Part shown: positions 1 to 11,100 of the stretch, piece by piece
Layout: the number at the start of each line of letters is the position of its first letter
How positions within the stretch are numbered: position 1 is the first letter of the stretch
Origin: Utricularia gibba
Taxonomy: Eukaryota > Plantae > Magnoliophyta
DNA length: 64,000 bases
Reading direction: 5' to 3'
NCBI GenBank assembly: GCA_002189035.1
Contig: CM007990.1
Location: 5,146,001 to 5,210,000 of the forward strand
The notes under the pieces: generated by a model
Told to the model about the DNA's origin: nothing
Databases searched by the model: none
The model's input: the letters and a program-made list of their open reading frames with translations, nothing else
Translations under genes and position numbers: made by a program

Positions 1-923
1 TGCTTGTCGACCTGATTTGATGACAGAAAAAGAGATGCAAGTGTGAATACGAAAATATAGGATAGAAAACTCAACAACAGAACCCACTATACCCTATCAC
101 TCAGTGAGGTTCCAAGGGGAAGAGGTCGAACTGTTACTGTTCCATTCAACGCCTCTTCAAGCACATTGGCAGAAACTGTGGTCTTGATTGGAACACCCAG
201 TTTGCTTCAAAAAAATAAAAAAACATAGAGTCGTATTTTACAGTTAATGATAAAATGAGAAAAATAAATTCTGCAGATAGAGTAAAACCTGAACAAAGCA
301 GCGAACATGGTATTGACTGTTCCAAGATTTGACAAATCAACTTCCATATCTAGGGACTCAGCATCCAGTGCCTACAAATGAAAAAGGAATAACTTCGACT
401 TGGAAAGGACAGCAGAAATTCCCAAAAAGTTTTCTATAGGAATTTAGTAGCTTAAAAAAAGACGTCAATAACTTACCTCAAACCCTGAATTATTATACTG
501 TCTACGCTTTTCGGGGTCTGAAAGAACACTATACGAGTAGGCCACCTCCTGGAAAAGCCCTGAAGCTTCTGGATTATCAGCATTCTTATCCGGGTGGTAC
601 CTGCCAATGCATAAGATTCAACATAAATCCTTTATGGCGTGTATTCCGTGCGCAGAATTTGGCCAAATGTGAACTGATTTTCAATTAAAAATGAGGAATC
701 AATGAAAGCCTTTCTACCAACAATAGACATTAAAGTCTAAATACCGGGTACCCAAATGCACAAAAAAAAATTGGCAAGGCAGAGAAAGATGCACTGCAAA
801 GATAACTCACTTGAGAGCAAGCTTCCTATAAGCTGCCTTAATTTCATTATCAGAAGCGTCCCGAGACACGCCTAGCACTTCATATGGATCCCGCCTCAAA
901 GGTGGAGCAGATGGACCTTCCAT
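1..923 (-). CDS. ARG1: DnaJ/Hsp40 chaperone of the ARG1 (dnaJ 15) type, 5' part; gene runs off the window start
   Basis: Exons 923-811, 600-477, 371-289, 204-93 and 11-1 with GT-AG borders splice to [73 protein letters not shown]...[33 protein letters not shown]: a J-domain with HPD plus ARG1-specific downstream sequence. Confidence 0.93.
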
Positions 924-2197
924 TGTTGCACCCACCGTTCTCCTCTTCTCCTCTTAATCGTTTGTAACTCTTTCTCGTCTACAAACCCAACATTTCCTTC
1001 GCTTCACTTCTACTATCCCCTTCAACGTCAACAATCAAGACTAAAGGAAATTTACCAATCCAAATCCTAGTTTAGGAATCACCGCGACGAGTCCCAGCCC
1101 CTAAAAATCTCACAGCAAAAATGATTATTTTTAGATCAAACCTCAAGAAATTCCTACTACCACTACCGAATGGGAAAACACGATGCACCGGATCTATCAA
1201 AAAAGAAAATAGAACGTACATCGTCTTCAACGAAACATCAGCTAAACCATTAAAAAAAAGAAAGAAACGATCCATTTCACAGAATTTCAAACCCCATCGT
1301 TCGAACATTCAAAAATCATACGAACCAAAGCTAGGGTTTCAAAGAATCACCTCGGATTGTGTGCTTTGAGCGACGAAGAGAAATTTGAAACGGCGACCTT
1401 TCTTCCTCCCCTTATTCCAGTTTCAAATGAACCCCAGTTGCTGGAAATGAGCAACAAATATTCTTAACTAGGAAGCAAAATGTTTTTTCAATATATATAG
1501 AATGACGAATGCAAACAAAAAAAAACATTTTATTTCGTTTTAACCTAAATTACAATAACTGGATTGGGCTGATTATTATGGGCCTCAAATATCATGAAAC
1601 TTGGGCTTTAGCTTGAGTTGAGCCCGAGCTTTATGCGCTGTCTGGTTCCAGCTCTTTGGGACAGCGGTAAATCTGGACCGTTGATGCGGAAGGCGAGATG
1701 AACGATGGAAGGAGTTCCGCAGCTTGAACTTGTCTTTTTTGATTGCTGATGTTTACATGAAAAAATTATATTATTTATTGCGAGTAGACTTGACCAAAGC
1801 CGTGAAGGCGCAGGCAAATAAGCAGTTGGTTCACTCGCTGAATCCGATGCAATGTCGGGTAGCGCGGGTCTAAGCTATTGGGGCTTTCTTTCGTGGGGTG
1901 AATTGTGAGTAGAGGACATGGGTATATGAGTCGAACGCCGCTGCGCCACTCATCCCTCACCGGAGACTGCGCCCACCGCCGCAGAAAAGGAGCTCCGATA
2001 TCCAAGTCCAATGCCATTGGTGTCCATGGAAGGGGAGGGGCTTTTCCGCAGAGAGTGAGATGGTGAGTAGTAGACAAGGTGGATGAAAGCCCTCTTTTCT
2101 CTCAAACTAGAAGTATGAACTTAATGGCCTTAAACACACTAAACTTGAGACTCAAAACGGAACCTATTGAAGAAAAACAGGCTGGGAAAAAGGATTA

Positions 2198-2270
2198 TTC
2201 GGTTGCCGGGACTTGAATCCGGGTCTCTCGGGTGAGAGCCGAGTATCCTAACCACCTAGACTACAACGGA
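2198..2270 (-). tRNA. tRNA-Glu (anticodon CTC) with two stem mismatches; possible pseudo-tRNA
   Basis: Minus strand reads TCCGTTGTAGTCTAGGTGGTTAGGATACTCGGCTCTCACCCGAGAGACCCGGATTCAAGTCCCGGCAACCGAA (73 nt). Anticodon arm CTCGG/CCGAG with loop CT-CTC-AC, followed by a T5 Pol III terminator. C3:C70 and A53:C61 are mismatched. Confidence 0.88.
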
Positions 2271-2429
2271 TTTATTAGTTGTCCATTTCAATTAAGAAAA
2301 CTGAAGGTTTTCACACAATAGCCTCATTCAAACTAATAGTTTTCGAGTTCCAGGAGTTGTACATCGGCGGGAGATGCAACTGCACGAGAGGAATCTTCAG
2401 CAACAGCAAATGATCCTGCACCAAAACCA

Positions 2430-5110
2430 TCAGCTACACAACACAGGAGTAGAGCGAGCTCCTTCTAAAGGACACTTACAGTAGCTGATCAGTCCATTAG
2501 AGTACAAGTAGGCCAGAAACACAGCCAGCAAGATGAGAATGATCGAAATCTGACAATTCAGAACAGCACCGGATCACTCTACCAGCAAACACACTTGATA
2601 CACGTACAGTGATTATTTAGAAGCCATGAGGGGAAAAAAAAAAACCTAACCGAAGATGCACTGATCTGGGGCTTGCTCTCTATGATGTAGGATTTCCTGT
2701 TGGATGCACAATACATTAAAGTCTACTCCAGTTTTATCAAGTGGGACAGCAAGATGGTTCCATACCATTGACTCATGGTTCCCGAGCTCTTGCAGTTTTC
2801 CAGAATGGATTCCAGGCGATCTCTTGTCTTGCTGGAATTGGGATCCGCCTCATCAATCTGTATGTTTGCAGAACAAGAGGTTTCCAGAGCATGATCACAA
2901 AATCTAAAAAGGCCAACTTCAATGGCTAGGAAGATTACCTTGGACTTTATAATCAGACAGAAATCATGAAAAGCCCCATAAACATCTGAAATCGTGTTGG
3001 TTCTGTAAATGATTTTAGCAGTCAAACCTACCCCAACATCAAACAAGAATAGTTAGACTTTTGCAGGAGATTAAGGATATGCAAGGAGTGAATATTGGGA
3101 CTCGGGAGCCATGAAGATCATACCGCGCCTCATTTTCACCACACCTCTGAAAACCTGAGGGTTGTTGTAGCACAAAGCTAAAGAGCCAATGGCCATGATC
3201 TGGTTGCATTAAAATGAACCACAGAGTGGGGGAGGGTAAGTGTAAGCTTATTAGTAGAATAGCTTGGGACACAGTAGTGGAATAAACGTGGTATGAGCAC
3301 CTGTGGAATTGCACAACATCGAAAGATGACTGGATCCCGCATGGCAGACATATATTTCAAGCAATCATCTACGTGCGACAGAGCATCCGCAATCATCTCA
3401 TTCAAGCACTGCACAGCCTTCACAGAGTTTTCTTCATACTTGAAGTCCTATGTTCACAAATCCAATCAAAATTCTCTCTCACAGAATACCATCTTTGTCA
3501 TTAGAGAATAACCATACCTCAAGTTTCATGGCGTACTTGCTCCAAATCTCACGAGGCCAGAACATACGTGGCTTTGGCATCTCATTGATATCCTCCAGAT
3601 AGTCTCTGATAATATTGACTTTCTGAAAGAATTAAGCAAGAAAATCCTTAACAGAAAGCCTCATTCTTCTCCCATATAGAATGACAAGCTTGTTTAACAG
3701 AAGTAGGAAGCATGGTGTACGGTTCTCTGAAATATGGGGAGGGAGAATCATAGATAATTGCCGTGTTTTGATCTTATTCATAACACTACTACCACTTCAA
3801 ACAATCCCAAAATCTAGTATCTTGTACCTGCAGAAGGACACCCATTGCATTAGAGAGAGTATCTGAAGCAAGATCTTCCCTCCCAGAAGCATGGAAAAGC
3901 CTCGACAACCCAAGTGCAATAACCCCGCACACACAGTGGCTGTACTCATTAAGATCGTCGACAGTTTCAACCTAGCAAGTACAAAAAATCTCAAACATTT
4001 CACGGCAAGCAAAGACTAGTCAGGCACGCACAAGTACATAAACGAATTTCAGAATCATGTCATTAACAAGTTTGATTATCACGTACCTCCTTGCAAATGA
4101 ATTTTGAAAATCCAGCCCCAATTCTCATGCTCATATCTTGTATTACCTCCTGATAACTGCACATAATTAAAGCCTGGACTTTAGACACCGGATATCACAA
4201 TAATAACGATTTAGCATCCAACATCAGAATGAAAAGCATCTTTCGCCCTCAACGGATCATAACTATAGCTGCACATTTTGCTCACACCTTTTATCAAGCT
4301 CCAAAAAAGCAGTCTGAACATGATAGAACTCATCCATGAGAACTTTGTACTCCTTTGTACCACCTACAAAGAGTAGATTATACTGAACACTCTCAAGACA
4401 GAAAAAAAGCCATTGCCAATATGAGGTAAGGAATCCAGAACTCACATGAAAAATGCCACTCTCGGTCGGGAAAATGACGATAAAAATCATTCAAAATAGG
4501 CACTTTCACATCTGCTTCAATGCTTGTATCGTCCTCTGTTGGAAAAGTATATAACGCGTGAAGCGTAATTAGTTCACATGCAAGATGGACTATGCAACCA
4601 TCAGGACAACGGTTTATGTCAAAGCTTGCTTCTTTAACTAACCCAAAGAAATCAACGCAAAAAACAGAGGAAATCTGTTCACAAGAGCCGAAGAAAACAA
4701 AAGCTTTAGCAGTTGGAATCCTACCAATGGTGTCGAGAGCACGGAGGACTAAATAGAACACGCACATCTGCAACAAGGAGACGTGAAGTGCGTAATGGAT
4801 CCATCACTACTTCAATTCAAATAAATGTAATGCTTGAACAAATGCTTTCTACGGTCCACCACCCGCGTCAGAAAGCACGATGCTGGCAACACACAGTCAC
4901 TAAAAATCCGATGAAATAAAAACTCACGATGTCCCGAAGATCGGAATCCAACTGCTGGATCACGAGAGCGTAACTTCTAGAAACCTTTTGGAGCATGGTG
5001 TAACAAAATCGCCAGTGTGGCTCCTTCGGGATCTGCTTCTCCACCCTCTTCATTGCCATCTTCAATTTCAGCAGCGGGTATATTTCGTCCAAATGCTGCA
5101 GCATCTCCAT
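2430..5110 (-). CDS. SQS: Squalene synthase-like protein, copy A (intact, about 426 aa, divergent active-site pocket)
   Basis: 13 exons: 5110-4928, 4767-4725, 4535-4446, 4363-4288, 4156-4087, 3971-3828, 3622-3518, 3447-3301, 3199-3124, 3027-2939, 2857-2766, 2696-2651, 2549-2430. All borders are GT-AG and in frame. Motifs [24 protein letters not shown] and a C-terminal TM helix. The last exon may instead splice 2480 to 2379. Confidence 0.95.
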
Positions 5111-5252
5111 TCCTCCACTCCCCTAACCGACACTCTCGTCCCTGGAGACAAGCCGCAGAAGTATGGAAAGAAAACAGCTGTGGAAATGCCCACTCCCCAG
5201 TCATCAGCCCCCACCCCTCTGAGAATCCCATCTTCGACCATACCGACAACCT

Positions 5253-5870
5253 CTGAGAGTTGGTGAAATATCTAATGTCAATAAAGATATTTGCAGAATA
5301 ACTGAGTTTGATTTAATATTTGTGAACTAACTGACTTTTATAATAATATTTGAGAATTATCCAAAAAACCTTAAATAATTTAGTAATTATTTTTTAGATA
5401 CTTTAAATCACTATGTGAATTATTCAAGTGTCCAAATGAAATGCATTCCTTATGATTTTGTAATTATAATCGAATGTGATTTTTATTTTTTTATAATATT
5501 CATTTAATTTAAAAAAACATTCATAAAATTTAGTAATAATTTCAAGTATTCTACGTAAATAGTCATTATTTGTTTAGTTAAAATATTTTTATTATATGTC
5601 AAAAATATTTTATGTATTTATTTTAATATTAATTTAAAATTTTCTTACACTACGATAATATTTTTAAATTTTGAAATGATTTAGTAATTCATAAAAATAA
5701 TATTGATAATTAATTGTTATATAAGATTAGTTATGTTACGAATGTTTTTTTGAAAACTTAGTTACTTTGCAAATGTTGGAAGTAAACTTAGTTACTTTGC
5801 AAATGTTGAAATTAAACTTATTTACTTTGCAAAGTAAATTCTACTGACACAGCTATTTTGCCAATTTAGC
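5253..5870. mobile_element. Degenerate foldback/MULE-like non-autonomous element in the copy A promoter
   Basis: About 620 bp AT-rich block absent from the otherwise near-identical copy B upstream region, where 9260-9271 is contiguous. The left end (gagttggtgaaatatctaatgtcaataaagatatttgcag...) resembles the reverse complement of the right end (gctaaattggcaaaatagctgtgtcagtagaatttactttgcaaag...). No clean TSD seen. Confidence 0.55.
5754..5834. repeat. 30-bp tandem repeat, about 2.7 copies (aaacttagttactttgcaaatgttggaagt), subterminal in the putative MITE
   Basis: Units start at 5754, 5784 and 5814. Confidence 0.9.
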
Positions 5871-6491
5871 CCAATCACTTTCCCTCCATTTTTTTAACAT
5901 ATTCAAATCCCAAGACAACACAAAAAAAAATTAATTAAGAGTACGAAAAATAAACAAATACTGATATCAAAATATTAATAACATAATATTAAATTTTTTA
6001 ATTAATTGAAAATGTTCTTTCTACTTACTCATCCTTCTTCCTGGGGATTATGCAAAAATATCTACTCTTTTCTTCTATGTTTTTTTTTTCAATCTTTTTG
6101 GTTGTTTGTCCTCTATATGTACTTTTTTTCAGGTGTTGATGTGATTGTTACAAATACATGTGTCTCCTTTTTGTGTTGTTCAACTTTGTTCCATTTTTTT
6201 CCTAGAGTGGCATGTCATGCTTCCTTGTAGAAATTAGATAATTTGGGATGCAAAGATTGAGAAAAATGATCATAAAGAATTAAATAAACTATTTTATTTT
6301 CCTACCTACAAAAACACAAGTTCACATATCAAAGGTTTTTCAAAACACAAAATATGAGAAACTCAACACCATTTAGTGTTTTTTTATTCAATACAAATGG
6401 TTTTTCGAGTTCCATGAGTTGTACATCGGCGGGAGATGCTGCTGCACGAGAGGAATCTTGAGCAGCAGCAAATGATCCTGCAGCGAAACCA

Positions 6492-9123
6492 TCAGCTACA
6501 CAACACAGCAGTAGAGCGAGCTCCTTCTGAAGGACACTTACAGTAACTGATCACTCCATTGGAGTAGAAGCAGGCCAGAAACACAGCCAGTAAGATGAAA
6601 ATGATCGACATCTGACAATTCAGAACAGCACCGGATCACTCTACCAGAAAAACACTTGATACACGTACAGTGATTATTTGGAAACCATGAGGGCAAAAAA
6701 AGAAAACTAACCGCAGATGCACTGATCCGGGGCTTGGTCTCTATGATGTAGGATCTCCTGTTGAATGCACATATGATTAAAGTCTACTCCAGTTTTATCA
6801 AGTGGGACAGCAAGATGGTTCCATACCATTGCCTCATGGTTCCCGAGCTCTTGCAGTTTTCCAGAATGGATTCCAGGCGATCTCTTGTCTTGCTGGAATT
6901 GGGATCCGCCTCATCAATCTGTATGTTTGCACCACGAGAGGAGCATCATCACGAAATCTAGAAAGGCCAACTTCAATGGCTAGGAAGATTACCTTGGACT
7001 TTATAATCAGAGAGAAATCATGAAAAGCCCCATAAACATCTGAAATTGTGTTGGTTCTGTGAATGACTTTAGCAGCCAGACCTACCCCAACATCAAGCAA
7101 GGATAGTCAGAAAATATGAGGCACTTTTGCAGGAGATTAAGGATATGCATGGAGTGAATATTGGGACATGGGAGCCAGGATGATCATACCGCGCCTCATT
7201 TTCACCACACCTCTGAAAACCTGAAGGTTGTTGTAGCTCAAAGCTAAAGTGCCAATGGCCATGATCTGGTTGCATTAAAATGAGAAGCACACAGTGGGGG
7301 AGGGTAAGTGTAAGCTTATTAGTAGGAGAACTTGGGACTCAATGGTAGAATAAACTTGGTATGAGCACCTGTGGAATTGCAGAAAATCGAAAGTTGGCTG
7401 GATCCCGCAAGGCAGACATACACTTCAAGCAATCATCTACGTGTGACAGAGCATCCGTAATCATGCCATTCAAGCACTGTACAGCCTTGAGAGAGTTTTC
7501 TTCATACTTGAGATCCTAAGTTCACAAAGCCAATCAAAATTCTCTTCCACAGAATACCATCTTTGTCATTAGGGAAATAACCATACCTCAAGTTTCATGG
7601 CGTACTTGCCCCAAATCTCACGAGGCCAGAACATACGTGACTTTGGTATCTCATTGATATCCTCCAGGTAGTCTTTGATAATATTGGTTTTCTGAAAGAA
7701 TTAAGCAAGAAAATTCTTAACAGAAAGCTTCTTTCTTCTCCCATATAGAATGACAAGCTTGTTTAACAAGAAGTATGATTCTCTGAAATATGGGGAGGGA
7801 GAATCATGGATAATTGCCGTGATCTGATCTTATTTATAACACTACCACTACTACTTCATACATTCCAAAAATCTAATATATTGTACCTGTAGAAACAAGC
7901 CCATAGAGTTGGATAGAGTATCTGAGGCAAGATCTTCCTTTCCAGAAGCATGGAAAAGCCTCGACAACCCAAGTCCAACAAGTCCGGCCACATAGTGGCA
8001 GTACTCATTATAATCATCTACAGTTTCAACCTAGTAAGTACAAAAAATCTCAAACATTTCATGGGTAGCAAAGGCTAGTCAGGCATACACAAGCACATAA
8101 ACAAATTTCAGAATCATGTCATTGACAAGTTTGATTATCATGTACCTCCTGGCAAATGAATTTCGCCATTCCAGCACCCATTCTCATGGTGATATCTTGT
8201 ATTACCTCCTGATAACTGCACATCATGAAAACCTGAACTTTAGACAGTGGATATCACAATAATAAAGATGTAGCATCCACTATCAGAATGGAAAGCATCT
8301 TTCACCCTCAACAGATCATAACTATAGCTGCACATTTTGCTCACACCTTTTACCAAGCTCCAAAAAAGCTGTCTGAACATGATAGAACTCGTCCATGAGA
8401 ACTTTGTACTCCTTTGTGCCACCTACAAAGAGTAGATTTTACTGAACACTCTCAAGACAGAAAATAGCCATTGACAGTATGAGGTAAGGAATCCAGAATT
8501 TTACTCACATGAAAAATGCCACTTACGGTCGGGCACATGACGATAAAAGTCATTCAAAATAGGCACTTTCACATCTGTTTCAATGCTTGTATCGTCCTCT
8601 GTTTGACAAGTAAATAACGCGGGAAGCGTAATTAGTTCACATGCAAGATGGACTATGCAACCATCAACACAACGGTTTATGTCAATTCATAAGAGCCGAA
8701 AAAACAAGAGCTTTAGGAGTTGGAATCCTACCAACAGTGTCCAGAGCACGGAGGACTAAATAGAACACGCACATCTGCAACAAGGAGACGTGAAGTACGT
8801 AATCGATCCATCACTACTTCAATTCAAATAAATGTAATACTTCAACAAATGCTTTCTACGGTCCACCACCCGCATCAGAAAGCACCATGCTGGCAACACA
8901 CCCCACACGTCACTGAAAATCCGATGAACTAAAAACTCACGGTATCCTTAAGATCGGAATCCAACTGGTGGATCACGAGAGCGAAACTTCTAGAAACCTT
9001 TTGGAGCATGGTGTAACAAAATCGCCAGTGTGGCTCCTTCGGGATCTGTTTCTCCACCCTCTTCATTGCCATCTTCAATTTCAGCAGCGGGTATAATTCG
9101 TCCAAACGCTGCAGCATCTCCAT
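6492..9123 (-). CDS. SQS: Squalene synthase, copy B (intact ORF, near-canonical core with several substitutions at conserved sites)
   Basis: Same 13-exon structure (exon 1 9123-8941), no stop or frameshift found. Motifs [49 protein letters not shown] and a TM tail. Confidence 0.94.
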
Positions 9124-9489
9124 TCCTCCACTCCCCTAACCGACACTCTCGTCCCTGGAGACAAGCCGCAGAAGTATGGAAAGAAAACAGCTGTGGAAAT
9201 GCCCACTCCCCAGTCATCAGCCCCCACCCCTCTGAGAATCCCATCTTCGACCATACAGACAACCATTCACCAGTCACTTTCCCTCCATTTTTTTAACATA
9301 TTCAAATCCCAAGACAACACAAAAAAAAAATTAATTAAGAGTACGAAAAATAAACTAAAATGTCAAATATTGATATCGAAATACTAATAACGTAATACTA
9401 AATTTTTTAATTATTAAAGATGTTCCTTCTAGTTACTCATCCTTCTTCTTGGGGATTATGCAAAAATATCTACTCTTTTCTTTTTTTTG

Positions 9490-11100
9490 GGTGTCTATTT
9501 GATAAGCGCCCACCTCTCTTCTAAAAAATATGAAAAATACCCATAATCTCAACACGTGTTGATAAATTACCATTGTTAATATTTTATTTAAAATTAAATA
9601 CATAAAAAATAAAATACAATGACATGTCAATGTATTGTATGGCATATTTTAAAAGTTTTTTTTATCTATGCATTTATATATATATTCATATTTATTTATT
9701 ATTTTATTACAATTTTCATAAACAATAATAAATATCATATTATTTGTATTTAAATGTATAATATTGAAAAACATTGTAATAAAATTTGATATATTATATT
9801 ATGTAATTTAGAAAATACAAAATAAATATCAATATAAATATTAAAAAGCTAAGCATAAATATTTTGAATGCTGAGTTTAATAACAATCAACGTACAACAT
9901 ATTTTGACTGTCGTCACATAATTCATAATCTATTTTGGTCATAATTTCAAAGAAAAACAACACTTACAAAAGGTTTTATAAGTAAATACATATTGTATTA
10001 CTCTTTTCAAACATAAATATTTTGATAAAATGATACAATTTTCAATATATAAAAGAGAGATCAACAATCCAAGAAATTTCCCTAAAATATTTGCATCGAT
10101 TAAAATAAGAAAAATTTTATATTCATGAAAAAATTTCCAATTTGAAATAAACTTGGTCAATCATTAACTAATAAAAATCTAAAAATCTATCACAAAAACA
10201 AAATATTCATACAAAACATCCAAAATAAAAGTCATAGCTATCTTCTATCATAAGAATGCCCAAAGTGTTTTTAGGCATCGCTTATAGCCGTAAGCAACAT
10301 CCAAAACATTTTTGGGCACCACTTATAACAGCGAATAACATTCAATGTTTAATGATAAATATTATTAAAAAATTTAATAATTTAATTCTATGTAAAATAC
10401 ATAGTTATAATATTTTGTTTTTTATTGAAAAAATATATTCGTGATATTGTTAAATATAATTTGTAAATAATTTTTTAAAATATTTTTTGAAAAATTTAAA
10501 ATAATTCAAAAAAAATTAAATATATATATATACTTTAATTAAATATATATTAACTTTTATTTTAAATCTGAAGTCTTCTTCTACTCAACTGTGGTTTCTT
10601 CCATCATTCTTTATCTTCAAAATCTACTTCTTCTTTGGGATGTATGTTAGATAAATCTTTTTATTTTTATCAACATATAAGATTTCAAATCTCATCAATT
10701 CATTCAAGATATGTAATATTTTTTTAGTTTTTATATTCCCTACATGTTCTATATTTTCTAATTCCATTAATATTCATAATAATAGATTACTTTTGAAGAT
10801 AGAATCAGACAAAAATATTTAATGCTAGAAAATTTTGTAATATCAAATAAAGAAGAAGATAAAAAATTTTTAAATAAACCACTATAATATGTTGGTCCTC
10901 ATACTTTTTTTAATTAACATGAAAAATTTTAGATGTGAATTAAGATTAACTATTCAAGCATTTTAATGTTATATACTCACCAATAACATCGTGTCAATAT
11001 TATAGATTTTTTACATTAATGAAATTGAAAAAATTAAAATGTACTTCTATAATAACAAATGTATTCTATTTAAAAATATATTCATCATGAAAATATACTA
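9490..11100. other. Very AT-rich non-coding block that replaces the inter-copy spacer between SQS copies B and C; probable decayed non-autonomous TE
   Basis: Homology to the spacers at 5871-6400 and 13146-13590 stops near 9490 and resumes for only 20 bp at 11101-11120. Local imperfect inverted repeats, e.g. 10258-10318. Confidence 0.4.

Noticed and set aside
1608-2080. GC-richer stretch with 69-aa and 100-aa minus-strand ORFs between the ARG1 promoter and the tRNA
   Set aside because: No recognisable domain or consistent spliced ORF; could be a decayed element but I cannot support a call.
4977-5266. Overlapping ORFs on both strands around each SQS exon 1 (also near 9000, 12900 and 16200)
   Set aside because: Shadow frames of the GC-rich SQS exon 1, repeated only because the gene is duplicated.
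10258-10318. Imperfect palindrome considered as a miRNA hairpin or Helitron end
   Set aside because: Short and mismatched, lies in AT-rich TE-like DNA, and has no CTRR terminus or known miRNA match.
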